Below are positions 37,223-60,045 of a DNA stretch of 64,000 bases, in pieces. Below the pieces are notes generated by a model that saw only the letters and a program-made list of their open reading frames with translations, searched no databases and was not told where the DNA came from. The position numbers were made by a program, and so were the translations under genes. Source of the DNA: the human T2T-CHM13v2.0 reference genome, Homo sapiens. Each line of letters opens with the position of its first letter. Positions within the stretch are counted from its first letter, which is position 1. The stretch lies in the NCBI RefSeq assembly GCF_009914755.1, contig NC_060935.1; one strand, 5' to 3'.

Positions 37223-40200
37223 TAAGAGAGAGCAGCAAATGCTAAACCTGACATATGTTGATCTCTTCCTATATGGCAGACACCATCTCAGGTGCAAGGG
37301 CTCCATTACTAAACAAAAGCAGAAGAAAAGTCCTTCCTCCTTAGAGCTTCCATCCTAGGAAATAAATGAACTTAATATAACTAGAATTTAGAGAATAAAA
37401 GAGAGGGTGGTGCAAGATGGGGCTGAATGGGTAGGTAGAGGCCAGACCACTAATGGCCTGGTCAGGATTTAAGGATTTTAATGCCATAGACATGATTAGA
37501 TTGTTTTTTCAACAACCTCTCTGGCTGTAGTGTACCTGTCCTGTCTCCCCTTCTGTATTTCTAGCTATTAGAAGATTGCTCTTTACCTAATATGCCTTTC
37601 AGAACATAAGGTCCCTTTGCAAATAATGGACACCCAATAAATAATAACAATGACTAACATTTGAGTGTTTTCTGTGTGCTGGAGACTGGTCTAAGCATGT
37701 TCCATGTATCAACTCATTAATCCTTACAACCCACCATGTCAGTTGGCTGGCCAAATGTAAGGAGGTATGTTTATTTGGAGCATAGGAACCTGGACACACC
37801 AGATAGTCTACAGATAGAGACTATGTGTGCAGTAGGGGGGAGGGAGTAAGCAGTAGGTGAGAAAAAAAATCAAAATGCCACATACACAGCTCCATATGCC
37901 TTTGCATCTTATTCAAACCAATTTTTTAAAAAACATTCACAGTTAGCTGCAAAGCTAAGAAATACTTGGACAGGAAAACTGCGTGATCCTATTGCCCAAA
38001 AAAGACTGGTGTACACATTTTCATGTCTCTAAAGCCCTTATCCTATCATTATAATTATTAAAACATATGCCTAAAGAACATGGTGAGCCGATTTAGCAAA
38101 ATCACTGGGCTTTCTGAGGAACTGTTTATAATAATCTCTTAAGGCATCAACAATACCCCATCTCTCTCTCTCTGAAAAAATTAAAAACAAAAAAACCTTG
38201 GGAATGTGTTATCTGGGATCTCCAAAGAGATCTGTCTGATTGAGGGACACTCCCCACACCCAGCCCCCTGATATTGCAACACACAAATGAAAAAGGACTC
38301 ACCTGCAGACTCAAAGTGGCTGTGCCTCCCTGAATGAGAAGCTAGATAAACATCACACTTAAAAGAGGCACTAAGGAACAGTCACTGACTGAGCCTTACA
38401 AGTATGTTCATAGTTCCAAATGAGACGCAACATAATGAGCTGTGGCATTTTAGATGAGGAAAGGCAGATAAAGGTGTAAGGACACGATGTGCTCGCTCGT
38501 TCCTGTTAATATGGAACTTTGATCAGAATTCCATTTTATTACATGAGTGGGAAACAGCTTAATGGTCCTTTTCTCCAAGCACTCCCAGTTCTTGGACTAA
38601 GTAAGCATACATTTATCTATAGGTTTACCCATGATTTGAAAAAACATGTAAATAATAATCAGGAGCTATCCCCTTCCCATTAGAGTAGTAGTTCTGCTTA
38701 TCAATTTCTCTAACTAGACCCCCTACTTTGTCTCTTTAGCATTTTCCTCCATCTCAGGCAATAGTTACAGCCCCTCACTGGGTCTTAGCCGCCCACCAAT
38801 GTCCACCCCAACCCCTTGGTGCTGGAGGCGTGGCAGATTGATTTGAGCAGTAAGTTGGGGTACATTGCTTTGTAACATTTCATAAACTTTGTTTAAACAA
38901 GAGTAAACCAAAAACAGGATTTTGCAATAAAAAGTATTTTTATAGAAACCAAACAAAGACTAACATAAGTTGTACCCAGCCATTAGGAAGGCAAAGAAAC
39001 TGCTTTTCTTGACAGCCCTAGAAAGCTTTAAATTAATGTCAAAGACAGGAGTCCTGTCACAGAACAGAAAGACACGTTCCAGCCCCTACTTGTTTATATC
39101 TTCCTGGGGCCGTAACTGCACCCCCACACTAGCTGTCTTCCAGAAACAAAAGACAGTACAGTTTAACCCTTTCCTTTACTACAGGTCCTTTTAACTGCCA
39201 GCAGATATATTAATTGCATCATGAACCACAAGCTGCTGCTGAGCTAAACAAAGTAAAAGTTAATAAGGAAATAATAATGATATTTATTTAGTCAGCACAT
39301 ACCAGGCACTGTGATGAGCACATACAGAAGTTTCCTCAACACTTCTTACAACAATCAGATGAGGAAACTGTGACAAAGAAGGTAACTGGCCAATTACCTT
39401 TATACAACCAGTAAGTGACAAGGTAAAGAGCAGATCTGCTTCCCCATAAAATCTAAGTTTTAACTATAGCGAAAACCTGTAAATTAAATTTATACATAAC
39501 GTCTCTATAAATTTATTTAAATTAAAATTAATTTGCTATAATTTATAAATTTATTTATAAATAAATTACCTATAAATTAATTTTATAAAATGTTATTTAT
39601 TTAAAGGTAATCCTTAAAGCTTGTATTGTTTTAAATTAAATATATCCGGGGAGCAAGTGTGCCTATAACTAATCTTAATGCTTACAACAAAAATATAACC
39701 AATCAACTTAGTCAAATCAGTTGTATTTTTCACACCTGTAATATAATATAGATCAGTAAAATTGGAATCATTGATTCATTTACTCAATAAATTTTTTGGA
39801 ATCCCCTCCTGTGTGCCAGCTACTTAGGATACAATGTTGAACAGAATACTCGATCTCTGACCTCTTAGATTACTGGCTAATGAGAGAGACAAACATTAAA
39901 TACGGAAGCATACAAATATTTAAATAATTGCAAGCTGTTATAAGTGCTATTGGGAACAAGTACATTGTTATGAGAGAATGACCAGAAAGACTAATATTGA
40001 TTGGGGGTCAGAAAAGTCCCTGTAGGTAAACGACTTGTCACTTGAAACTTGAAGATGCATAGGAAGTAGTTAGGCTAAGAGTGAGAGGAAGGGAGGTGTT
40101 CCAGGCAGGGGACAAACCTTGTGCCAAGGCCCTGAGCAAGAAAAGAGCTTGGCTTTTTCCAAGCTAGTGATCCTTAAGTATGGAACCAGGGAAAGAGATA

Positions 40201-40298
40201 GGAAATTAGATTGGAAAGAAAGACAATGTAAGCCGTATAGATTTTGTATTTTTACCTTATGTGCAAATGAAAATTCACTGAAGAATTCTCAATAGTGT

Positions 40299-41210
40299 TG
40301 ATACAGACAGGAGGCAGGGAAACACTGAGTAGAGAAAGGTGGTCCCTGGCGAGGGCTACACCCTCAAGCCTGGACCCGTGGCCATAAATGAGAATATGCA
40401 TTCCTGTTTTTCCACCTGAATGTTGCCTATTCCAAAACCACCCTGGCCTGCCACGCCCCCCACCCCGTACCCATAAAAACCCCAAGCTCCACTGGCAGAG
40501 GAGCAGAGCGGCGCAGCAGAGAAGGAGAGAAGGGAAGAAGCATCTGAATGTCGAGAGGAGAAGAGGCAGCTGGACATCGGAGACTACAGTCGGAGAGGAG
40601 TTCAGTTGGGATGGCCAAACTCCAAGAGAAGATTATCTTCCCACTCCATCCCCTTTAGCTCCCCATCCCACTAAAGAAATAATAATGATATTCATTTAGT
40701 CAGCACATACCAGGCACTGTGATAAGCACATACAGACATTTCCTTAACATTTCTTGCAGCAAGAAAATGGCCACTAAGAGCCACTTTCATCGCTCAATAG
40801 AACCCTCCACATACACCACCCTTCAGTCCGTTCGTGTGATCCAATTCTTCCTCCACACCGGACAAGGATTCAGCATGCACTGGGTGTGGGAACCCAAAAA
40901 GGCTGTCACATTGATTCTTCACTGAGCTGTTTAACACTTCTGCCGTCCACAGATGGCAAAGCTAAAAGAGCATTGTTTGTAACACATGCCCTCTAGGGCT
41001 CCAGAGGTCATGGGCAGCCCCTAGACGCTGCCGCAGGCCGGTACAGAGTTTGTTCCTGCCAGCATCCAAACGTAGTTGCACCAGCTCCTGCACCCGCTCA
41101 CCTGCATGCTCCCCCTTTTGCAGGGGATTTGAGCTGAGCTCAGTAACCAAGTGAACGAACCACACCCATCTAAAGTCCTGAGAGGAGGTCAAAGGAACTG
41201 TCCCATCTCA
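40299..41210 (+). mobile_element. ERV1-class solo LTR (MER50-like) inserted in an L2 (about 39770-41550)
   Basis: TGATAC...TCTCA termini, 4-bp TSD GTGT (40295-40298 and 41211-41214), and an internal TATA-like ataaaaa. It carries a foreign insert at about 40675-40770. Confidence 0.85.
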
Positions 41211-41573
41211 GTGTCATTTTACAATCTAATTTACCATTTTTTAAAGCTCAATCTGGCTGATGAATTCATAATGAATGTCAGGAGAGAAAGAGTAGAAAAG
41301 GGAGAACAGTTAGGAAGTTTTAGTTACAATCATCCAAGCAAAAAGATGATGGTAGCTTTGACTAAAGTGGCAACAGTGGAGAGAAGTGGAACCTGGAGAG
41401 AAGTGGATAGATTGTATATACATTGAGATTATAATAAGATTTAGTGACTAATTTGGTATGGGGAAAGATAGCGAAGGGGTGGGACAAGCTGGGGTCAAAG
41501 AGAAGTCCCAGGTTTCTGAATTGAGCAATTGGGTAGATGGAAGTGTAGAATAGCTTACAGTAAGAGTCAAAGC

Positions 41574-43026
<1,453 letters not shown>

Positions 43027-43395
43027 TAGAAGAAAATACACTTTATAAAAATGCCATACACATAGAATGTAAAATTCTACGTCTGGGATGATAGGTAATT
43101 TTTACTCTTTTGCTTGTTTTCTATATTAAACATGTGTTACTTATACAAGCTTTTTTTTAAACCATAAAGATGATTGGAAGGTACTAAAAAATAAAAATAC
43201 ACTGTCAAGACTGAATTAATGAAGGTTACATAGAACATATACCAGTCATGCACATTTGAGTGAGAACCAACACTTAGAAAACTATCCATTTCCAGTAAAT
43301 ACTGCACTTAAAACTATACACTCAAAGCCTAATCACTGATTATAGGATTGAAAAAAGATGATAATTTGACCAACAACATAACAAAAGTTATTCAA

Positions 43396-47942
<4,547 letters not shown>

Positions 47943-48230
47943 TTTTTTTTTTAAGATGGAGTCTCACTTTGTTACCTAGGCAGGAGTGCAGTGGTGCCAC
48001 CTCAGCTCACTGCAACTTCCACCTCCCAGATTCAAACAATTCTCCTGCCTCAGCCTCCTGAGTAACTGGGATTACAGGTGCCACCATGCCAGGCTAATTT
48101 TTGTAGTTTTAGTAAAGACGAGGTTTCACCATGTTGGCCAGGCTGGTCTTGAACTCCTAACCTCAAGTGATCTGCTCACTTCAGTCTCCCAAAGTGCTGG
48201 GATTACAAATGTGAGTCACCGTGCCCAGCC
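47943..48230 (-). mobile_element. AluS abutting the 5' end of the L1PA
   Basis: Antisense Alu whose short A tail runs directly into L1 ORF1 sequence. Confidence 0.9.
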
Positions 48231-48502
48231 AAAAGTTATTTCTGAGTAATGCGAAAAGCAGCAAAAAATTCCTAAACTAAATTTAAATTAGAATCTGACA
48301 CCCAAAATGAAAATAATTCTATGTTTTTGTTTTTGTTTTTTAAAAATACAAAGATGACATATGTCAAACTTCATCACACTGTACACTTTAAATGTGTACA
48401 GTTAATTATATGTCAATTACATTTCAATAAAAGTTGGAAAATTTTAGAGAAAAATTAACTAAAATACTATGTGCTTAGGTTCTATGGAAAATCGTTTTTT
48501 TA

Positions 48503-48795
48503 GGCCAGGCGCAGTGGCTCACACCAGTAATCCTAGCACTTTGGGTTGCCAGGGCAAAAGGATCACTTGAGCCTAGGAGTTGGAGACCAGCCTGGGCAAC
48601 ATGGCAAAACCATGTATCTACAAAAAAATACAAAAATTAGCCAGGCATGGTGGTACTCACCTGTAGTCCCAGCTACTCAGAAGGCTAAAGTGGGACGATC
48701 ATCTGAGCCTGGGGAGGTTGAGTCTGCAGTGGGCCTTGATTGTGCCACTGCACTCCAGCCTGGGCAACAGAGTGAAATCCCATCTCAAAAAAACA
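48503..48795 (+). mobile_element. AluJ
   Basis: Alu consensus. The tail expands into a purine microsatellite. Confidence 0.85.
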
Positions 48796-48796
48796 T

Positions 48797-49052
48797 AAGA
48801 AAGAAGAAAAGAGAAGAGAAGAGAAGAGAAGAGAAGAGAAGAGAAGAGAAGAGAAGAGAAGAGAAGAGAAGAGAAGAGGAGGGGAGGGGAGGGGAGGGGA
48901 GGGGAGGGGAGGGGAGGGGAGGGGAGGGGAGGGGAGGGGAGGGGAGGGGAGAGGAGGGGAGGGGAGGGGAGAGGAGGGAAGAGAAGAGAGAGAAAGGGAG
49001 GGAGGGAAGAAGGAAGGAAGGAAAGAGGGAAGGAAGGAAGGAAGGAAGGAAG
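48797..49052 (+). repeat. Compound polypurine microsatellite (GAGAA)n-(GGGGA)n-(GGAA)n
   Basis: About 255 nt of purines only on the + strand. Confidence 0.95.
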
Positions 49053-50039
49053 TTTTTTTTAAAGTATTAAGCAAATTCCTCCATGCCGAGTGGCATATAA
49101 TCTATTTGCAAAGATGTTCACAAAATATTAGAAAGATAAAAGTACAAAATAGTATCTGCAAATATTTGATCATCTGGCAAGATCCCAATCTATATGAATT
49201 CAGACAGAAGCACTGGAGTAAATTCCTTCATGCAATGAGATTTAACATAAATTTTAAAGAAAGTACGGGACTGTTTTTTCATTGAATAGTCTAGAAAACA
49301 TGCATCAAACATGCCTCACTGCATCTTCCGCCTCCTGGGTTCAAGCGATTTTCATGCCTGTCTGCTGAGTAGCTGGAATTACAGATGCATGCCACCACAC
49401 CTGGCAAATTTTTTTAATTTTTAATAGAGACAGGGTTTTGCCATGTTGGCCAGGCTGGTCTCGAACTCCTGGCCTGAAGTGATCCACCCGCCTCAGCTTC
49501 CCAAAGTGCTGGGATTACATGTGTGAGCAACCACACCTGGCCCCTGAAGACATTTCAGTGCTGAAGAGCATGGCAAGCCAAAGAGCGAGCTCAACACCTC
49601 TGAAAGGCAGAACTGACTCTTCTTATCTTTGGGGGATGAGAAGGCAGAGATCTTTTAGTTTCTCAATCAAAAGCCCCAGGTGGTGGTGGGGTGGAAGGGG
49701 AGGGGGAATACCCAAGTTTTAGACACAAAAGAGACAAACTGCATTTCAATCATACTAAAACTACAACCAAGCCCTGATCCTGTCAAATCCCGAATTACAG
49801 TTGTTATTCACCCTATTTGCTTAACAGAGCAAATAATAAATACTTTCTGGTAGAAGATAGTATTTCCTGAATATCTTATGCTTTTTAAATACACAATATC
49901 TTACATTAAAAGGTTGTTAAACATGTGAGAAGGCAGAGCAACATGATTTATAAACAAGAGACAACATAGGCAAAAGAAGCAGACCATTAAATAATCCTGA
50001 TTTTAAAATAACTCTGATTACTGTGTTAAAGAAAAAAAA

Positions 50040-50396
<357 letters not shown>

Positions 50397-52274
50397 CTAT
50401 TAAACAAGATTAAGATGGGCATTTCTAGGGCTTAAAAATAAAATACCTAAAATTGAGCAGAAAATAGAATTAGTAAATTTCAATAGAATTTACTATTGTC
50501 AGGTCAATAGAGAAGAGAAAAACTGAAGTACAAGGAGAAACAAAGGATTGAAAAAGGTATAACAGTGCCTAAGAAATATGGGACACAGTGAAAAGTTCTA
50601 ATATATATGTAACTAAAAACAAAGAAAAAGAGAGTGAAAACAAGGCAGGAATAATCTTTGAAGAGGTAATGGCTAGATTTTCAAAATTGATAAAATACAT
50701 CAACCAAAGAATTTGAAAGTTCAGAAAACCCCCAACAGGATGAATCTGAATACATAAGATACACAAGCACACACATACCAGAGAGAGGGAAAAAGAGAGG
50801 GAGGGAGAGAAGAGCAAGTCTGCTGAAAACAAAGGCAAAGAAAAAATTTCACCGCAGTCAAAGAAAAGAGACACATTACTTTGCAACAGTTGACTTTTCA
50901 TCTGAAACTATGGAATCCTTAATGGAATAATATTTTTAAAGTGCTGAAAAACAAAATGTCAGCCAGGAGTGGTGGCTCATGCCTGTAATCCCAGCATTTT
51001 GGGAGGCTGAGATGGGAGGATTGCTTGAGGCCAGGAGTTGGAGACCAGCCTGGGCAACACAACAAGACCTCATCTTTACACAAAATAAAAAAGTTACTTG
51101 GGTGTGGTGATGCACACCTGTAGTCCCTGCTACTCAGGAGGCTGAGGTGGGAGGATCACTTGAGTCAGGAGTTGAGGTTAACAGTGATCTGTGATCATGC
51201 CACTGTACTCCAGCCTGGATGACAAAGCAGGACCCTGTCTCTAAAACAAAACAAAGATAACTGCCAACTGCCAACTTAGAATTCTATGTAGCCTAAAAAT
51301 TTCCTTCAAAAATAAAGGTAAAATAATGCCAGGCATGGTGGCTCACTCCTGTATTCCCAACACTTTGGGAAGCCAAGAAGGGAGGACTGCTTCAGCCCAG
51401 GAGACCACCCTGGGAAACACAGTGAGACCCTGTCTCAATATTTTTAATAATAAAATAAAAATAAAGGTGAAATAAAGACATTTTCAGACAACAAACTGTG
51501 AGAGAACTAATCATCAGGAGGCCTCAATTATAAGAAATACTAAAGAAAGATGTTCATGCTGGGCGTAGTGGCTTATGCCTATAATCCCAGTACTTCGGGA
51601 GGCTAGGTCAGGCCAATCACTTTGAGCTGAGAAGTTCACAACCAGCCTGGGCAAAATGACAAAACCCTATCTCTAAAAAATAAAAATACAAAAATTAGCT
51701 GGGTGTATGACTTGAGCCTGTAGTCCCAGCTGCTTGGGAGGCTGAGGCTGGAAGATCACTTGAGCCTGGGAAGCTGAGGTTGGAGTGAGCCGAGATCCTG
51801 CCACTGCATGCCAGCATGGGTGACAGAGTGAGATCCTGTCTCAGAAAAAAAATACAGAAAGATGTTCACGCTGAATGAAAATAATCCTAGTTGTAAATTC
51901 AGAACCACTGGAAAGAATAAGAAAACTGTAAAGAAAAAAACGTACTAACAAATATAAAATAATAATTACTATTTAAAACAATAACAATAAAATAATGTAT
52001 TTTGGAGATACGTAGAAATATAATGTTGACCAAAACAACAGTAAGATGTGGGTAGACTTTTCAGATTGCAAGATTCTTGGCTGGGTGCTGTGGCTCACAC
52101 CTGTAATCCCAACACTTTGGGAGGCTGAGGCGGGCGGATCACAAGGTCAGGAGTTTGAGACCAGCCTGGCCAACATGGCAAAACCCCATCTCTACTAAAA
52201 ACACAAAAATTAGGCCAGGCACAGTGGCTCACACCTATAATCCAGCACTTTGGGAGGCCAAGGTGGGTGGATCA

Positions 52275-52508
<234 letters not shown>

Positions 52509-54145
52509 TTACTTGAAATATGGTAAGTATGCTAATTTAAGATGGACTATAATAAATCAAGGAGGCATACTGTAATCTCTAGGGTAACCATAAAAAGTTA
52601 CAATAAAATGTTAAGTAAAAACCTAAAAGGAGAAAAATGGCATAATAAAAGTACTCTATTATTCCTTCGATTTTGCCTACTTTTGGATAAAAGGGGAAAA
52701 GAAAAGAATTAGAAAACAATGAGCAAAATGATAAGCTTAAACCTAACCATGTCAGTAACATAAATGGACTAAACAATCTACTTAAAAGACAAATGCTTGC
52801 TAAAGAATAATAAGCCCCAAATATGTGCCATTTAGAAGAAAGACTATAAATATAAAGACACAGAAAGGCTGAAAGTTAAAGGATGGAAGGACATATCATG
52901 AAAATACTAACCAAAAAAGGCTATAGTAACTATATTAATACAGGTAGGTTTTCAAGCACAACTGTTACAATAGAAAAAGAGGGGTATTTCATATTGATAA
53001 AAGGTTAATTGCAATAGAAAGAAATGACTAACATTTTTATTGATTGACTGATGAGACACACACCTAAGCTGGAGTGTAGTGGTGTGACTGCAACTCAGTG
53101 CAGCCTTGACTTCCTGGGCTCAAGCAATCCTCCCACCTCAGTCTCCAGAATAGCTGGGACTACAGGTATGCACCACCATCCCCAGCTAATTTTTTATGTT
53201 TTGTAGAGACAGGGTTTCGCCATGTTACCTAGGCTGGTCTCCAACTTCTGAGCTCAAGAGATGCTCTTACCTCGGCCTCAAAAAGAGCTGGGATTACAGG
53301 GGTAAGCCTCACACCTGGCCTATTTATAAATTTTTGTAAACAAAAAGGTGAAGTACACAAATCCGCAACAACCACTACAGATTTTAAACTTCCTCTCTCA
53401 GTAACTGTTAAGAAAAGCAAACTTAATATCTGTGAAAACATAAAATATTTGAACAGAACAATTACCATATATATGACACCAAATTTAACTACAGAATATA
53501 TATCTTTTTCAAGTGTACATAGACTTGTCATCAAAATAAAGCATATGTAAAACCATAAGTCTCAATAAATTTGAAAGAACTGAAATCATACAGATTATGT
53601 TTTATGTTTCCTGACCACAGTACAATTAAACTAGAAATAAGTAACAAAATGAAAAATAGAAATCTCTAAATGCTTAAGATTAAACATATTTTAAATAACT
53701 CATCAAATAAGAAACTCTATTGGAAAGTAGAAAATATTTTGAACTGAATGATGAAGAAAATATGTCATGTCAAAACATGCAGGATGTAACTAAAATAGTG
53801 TAAGCTATTTATTTATATCTTTTTTCTTTCTTTTTTTTTTTTTTTTGAGACAGGGTCTCACTCTGGTTGCCCAGGCTGGAGTGCAGTGGCATGATCATGG
53901 CTCACTGCAATCTTGACTTCCCATGGCTCAAGCAATCCTCCTACCTCAGCCACCCCAGTAGCTGGGACTACAGGTGCACACCAGCACACCCGGCTACTTT
54001 TTTGAAATTTTAGTAGAGTCGGGATCTCACCATTTTACACAGGCTGGTCTCCAACTCCTGGGCTCAAGAGATCCACCTGCCTCGGCCTCCCAAAGTGCTG
54101 AGATTACAGGTCTATGCCACCTCACCCAGCCTATTTATATCTTTA

Positions 54146-54454
<309 letters not shown>

Positions 54455-54792
54455 TCAAAAAAAAAAAAAAAAGTCAAAAATTAATGATCCCAGCTTAGAA
54501 ATTAATAACCTAGAAAAAGGTCAGCAAATTAAACTCAACAGAAGAATAAAACAATAAAGATAAGAACTGAAATCAACTAAGTAGAAAGCAAACATGCAAT
54601 ATAGAAATTCAACAAAGCCAAAGTTGGTTGGTTGTCAAGAATAACATCAAGGCCACGGCCAGGCGCAGTGGCTCATGCCTGTTATCCCAGCACTTTGGGA
54701 GTCCAAGGCGGGTGGATCACCTGGGGCCAGGAGTTCGAGACCAGCCTGACCAACATGGTGAAACCGTGTGTCTACTAAAAATACAAAAATTA

Positions 54793-55008
<216 letters not shown>

Positions 55009-55327
55009 TCATCAATATTAAAACTAAAAAATAACGCCATTATAGATTCCACAAACATTTAAAAGATAAGTTTTTAAATGTAAGAAATAATATTATGCTA
55101 ATAAAATTGAAAATCTAGATGAGGTGTTCAAATTCCTTAAAAACTATAACAGTCATAGATGGAGTTTTCTTTTTGGCACAATTTTAAAAAGCATTTAAGA
55201 AATACATATTACCAATATTATAGAAAGTTTAGGCTGGGCACGGTGGTTCACGCCTGTAATCCCAGCACTTTGGGAGGCCGAGGCAGGAGGATCACTTGAG
55301 GTCATGAGTTCAAGACCAGCCTGGTCA

Positions 55328-55558
<231 letters not shown>

Positions 55559-56668
55559 TCAACTCCTTGTAGAAGGTCAGGAAAACATTAATAGTAGTAA
55601 AACTTAACAAGCATATAACGGTCAGGAAGATCACAAACCAATATCTCTCATGAACATAGAATCAAACATCTTAAACATGGTATTATCACATTTAATAATG
55701 TGCTTTTAAGAAAAGTATAACAAACTGGGGCTTATTATATAAATGCAAAGTTGGCTTCACAGTAACAAAACAAATTAGTTTACTACATTAACAGAATAAA
55801 GAAGAAAAAACATATGGTCAATTTGGTAAATGTGAAAAAAATTAACGCTTTTACATAATTTTTTAAATCTCAAAAAAAATTGATGGAAATTTTCTCAATT
55901 TGATAACAGGTATCAACTAAAACACCTACAGTTTATACCCTATGTAATGGTAAAAAAAAATTTAATCAAAAAATAAACATAAACATAAACACAAAAATAA
56001 ATAACCCAAAACCGAACATTTTTGCTATGATGTTGTAAACAAAGCAAGAATGTCCTCTACTACCACTTCTTTTTTAACATTATCCTGGACATCATAGCCA
56101 GTGCACTAAAGTAATTGGGGGCAGCTGGGGGGGTGGCACAAATATTAAACAAAATGAAGTAAAGCTCTTCTTATAACCAGATACCACAATTGTGTATAGA
56201 GAAACTCCAAAAAAAACTAACAATCCATGAGAAATAAAAAGATAATTTAGCAAGGTGTCTGGATACAACATCAATATACAAAATAAATTGTATAACTATA
56301 TAATACAACAAACAGGAAGAAAATAAGCATTTTAAAGTGTCACTTATAATAGCACCAAAAAAATGCAATTTTTTTTTTTTTTTTTGAGACAGATTCTCAC
56401 TTCGTCACCCAGACTAGAGTGCAGTGGTGTGATCTCGGCTCACTGGAACCTGCAACTCCGGGTTCAAGTGATTCTCATGCCTCAGCCTAGTATCTGGGAT
56501 TACAGGCATGTGCCATCACACTCAGCTAATGTTTTTGTATTTCCAGTAGAGACAGGGTTTCACCATGTTGCCCAGGCTGGTCTTGATTCCTGGTCTCAAG
56601 TGATCTGCCTGCCACAGCCTCCCAACATGCTGGGATTACAGGCATAAGCTACCACTTCCGGACTAAAA

Positions 56669-56878
56669 TAGGGTTTTTCAACCTTGGTACTATCAACATT
56701 TTGAGCCAGATCAGTCTTTGTTGTGGGGGCCTATCCCGTACATTGCAGGATGTTTAGCAGGATAGTTGATCTTTACCCACTAGATGCCAACAGCACTTCT
56801 CACCTCAGTTGGGACATATCTCAACATTGTTGAGTGTCCCTGAGGGAAGCAAAATTAACCTTGATTGAGAATCATTGA
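56669..56878 (-). mobile_element. MER20
   Basis: Same orientation and motifs as 1258-1464 (tttacccactagatgcca). Confidence 0.78.
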
Positions 56879-57051
56879 TCTAATGAAAGATATCAATACT
56901 CTTCCACTCAATACTATAAAATATTGTTGACAGAAATTAAAGATCTAAATAAATAGATATTTATTATAGTTTAGAAGACAATATTGTTACAAGGTTAATT
57001 CTCCTTAAATTCATGTAGATAGTCAATGCAATTCCAATTAAAATCCCATCA

Positions 57052-57408
<357 letters not shown>

Positions 57409-58630
57409 TTATACAGAAATGAAACGGCAACAGCCTATGCAATCTTGAAGAAAAAGAATAACAAAGTTAGACAACTTATACCATCAGATATCACATCTTT
57501 ATATAATCCTACAGTAATTAACACAATGTGGCATTTGTGTAAGGACAGTCCAATAAACTGAATAGAAAGAACAAAAACACTCACTTGATTTTTTTTTTAA
57601 GTGCCACAGCAATTCACTGGATTAGAAATAGTCTTACCAATATATAGAGCTGCGTCTACTGAAAAACCACAGGGAAAGAACTAATCTTCAGCTTCAAAAA
57701 ATTATTTTGAGATGGATTATGGACATAAATGCGAGACTATCTTCTTGACTTTGTTTAGGCAGAAATCAAACCTGACACATAAAAAAGAAAGTTGATAAAT
57801 TCAACTTCATTAAAATTAAGAATTTCTGAGCATCAAAGCTACAGGCAAGCTACAAGCAAAGAGAATGTTCGCAATATGTATATCTGGCAATGGGCTCATA
57901 TCCATATTATATAAAAACTTCCTAAACATTAGTAAGAAAAAGACTGACAACCCTTCTTCCTCCTAATGGACAAAACACTCAAATAGGCATTTCACTAAAG
58001 AAGATATCCAAATGACCCAGCATATTGCAAAGTTGCTCAGCAACATTAACTATCAAGGAAATGCAAACTGAAATCACAATAAAAAATTAATACAAACTCC
58101 CTAGAATGGCTAAAATTTTAAAAGACTGGCAATACTATGTGTTGGCAAGGATGTTGAACAACGGGAAATCTCATTCATTGCTGGTTGGGATGTAAACTGA
58201 TCTTTAGAAAACTTTTTGACAGTATGTAGTAAAGCTAGACATACTTATGCCATGTAACTGAGCAATTCCAATCCTGGATGTATTTCCAACAGAAATGGTG
58301 CATAAGTCCATCTAAAGGCATACACAGGAATGTTCATAGCTGCTTTCATAACAACCTCAAAGAGGAAACAGCCCAAAAGGATAAACTGTAGTATAGTCAA
58401 GTAACAGAATACTAAACATCAATGAAAAGGAATAATCTATCTCTCTCTCCCTCTGTTTCTCTTTTTTGTCTTTGTTCCCTGTCTCTTCTTCTGCTAATGC
58501 TGTTAAAAAATAATCAAGTTCTTAAGGGCTAGGGGAAAAGGAGAGAAAGCAACGAGATGGAAAAGAACTATCCCTCCATTCTGAAGTCCAAATGCACTGC
58601 TATAAGGCAAAAATAAAAACCATAGAAACA

Positions 58631-59169
<539 letters not shown>

Positions 59170-59409
59170 TTAATTCAGAATAATCTTTTCTTCAGAAACG
59201 TTTGAGTCATCAAACGTAGATAACTGTAAATCTGAGGTTATAGCTCTTGAGACTAGAATATTAACCCATGCTGAGTAATTATTATTAAAAGTTAATGTCA
59301 ACAAGTATCGATTGGCAATTTGTCTCCATCCCCGACCCCTAGTTTCCCTAACCGCCAAGCCCGGGGTTGGGGAGTGGAGTGGCACAAGCTCCTGGGAAAG
59401 ACAGGCTAA

Positions 59410-59664
<255 letters not shown>

Positions 59665-59790
59665 TGAGGAACCGAGGCGCAGGGAGAGAAGAGGCCCTTG
59701 GTCTTCGCGGCTGTGGAGGCGCAGGCCGGGCGTCGAGGGGCCCGCGCGGGTCGGCGCCATTCTGAGTGAACCCTGAGGCTTCCTGAGTGA

Positions 59791-60045
<255 letters not shown>

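Noticed and set aside
38290-38310. Strong minus-strand donor (CAG|GTGAGT) suggesting an antisense lncRNA exon
   Set aside because: An isolated splice motif with no paired acceptor or exon chain that I can support.
48546-49074. 174-aa and 129-aa repetitive ORFs
   Set aside because: Translations of an Alu plus a purine microsatellite.
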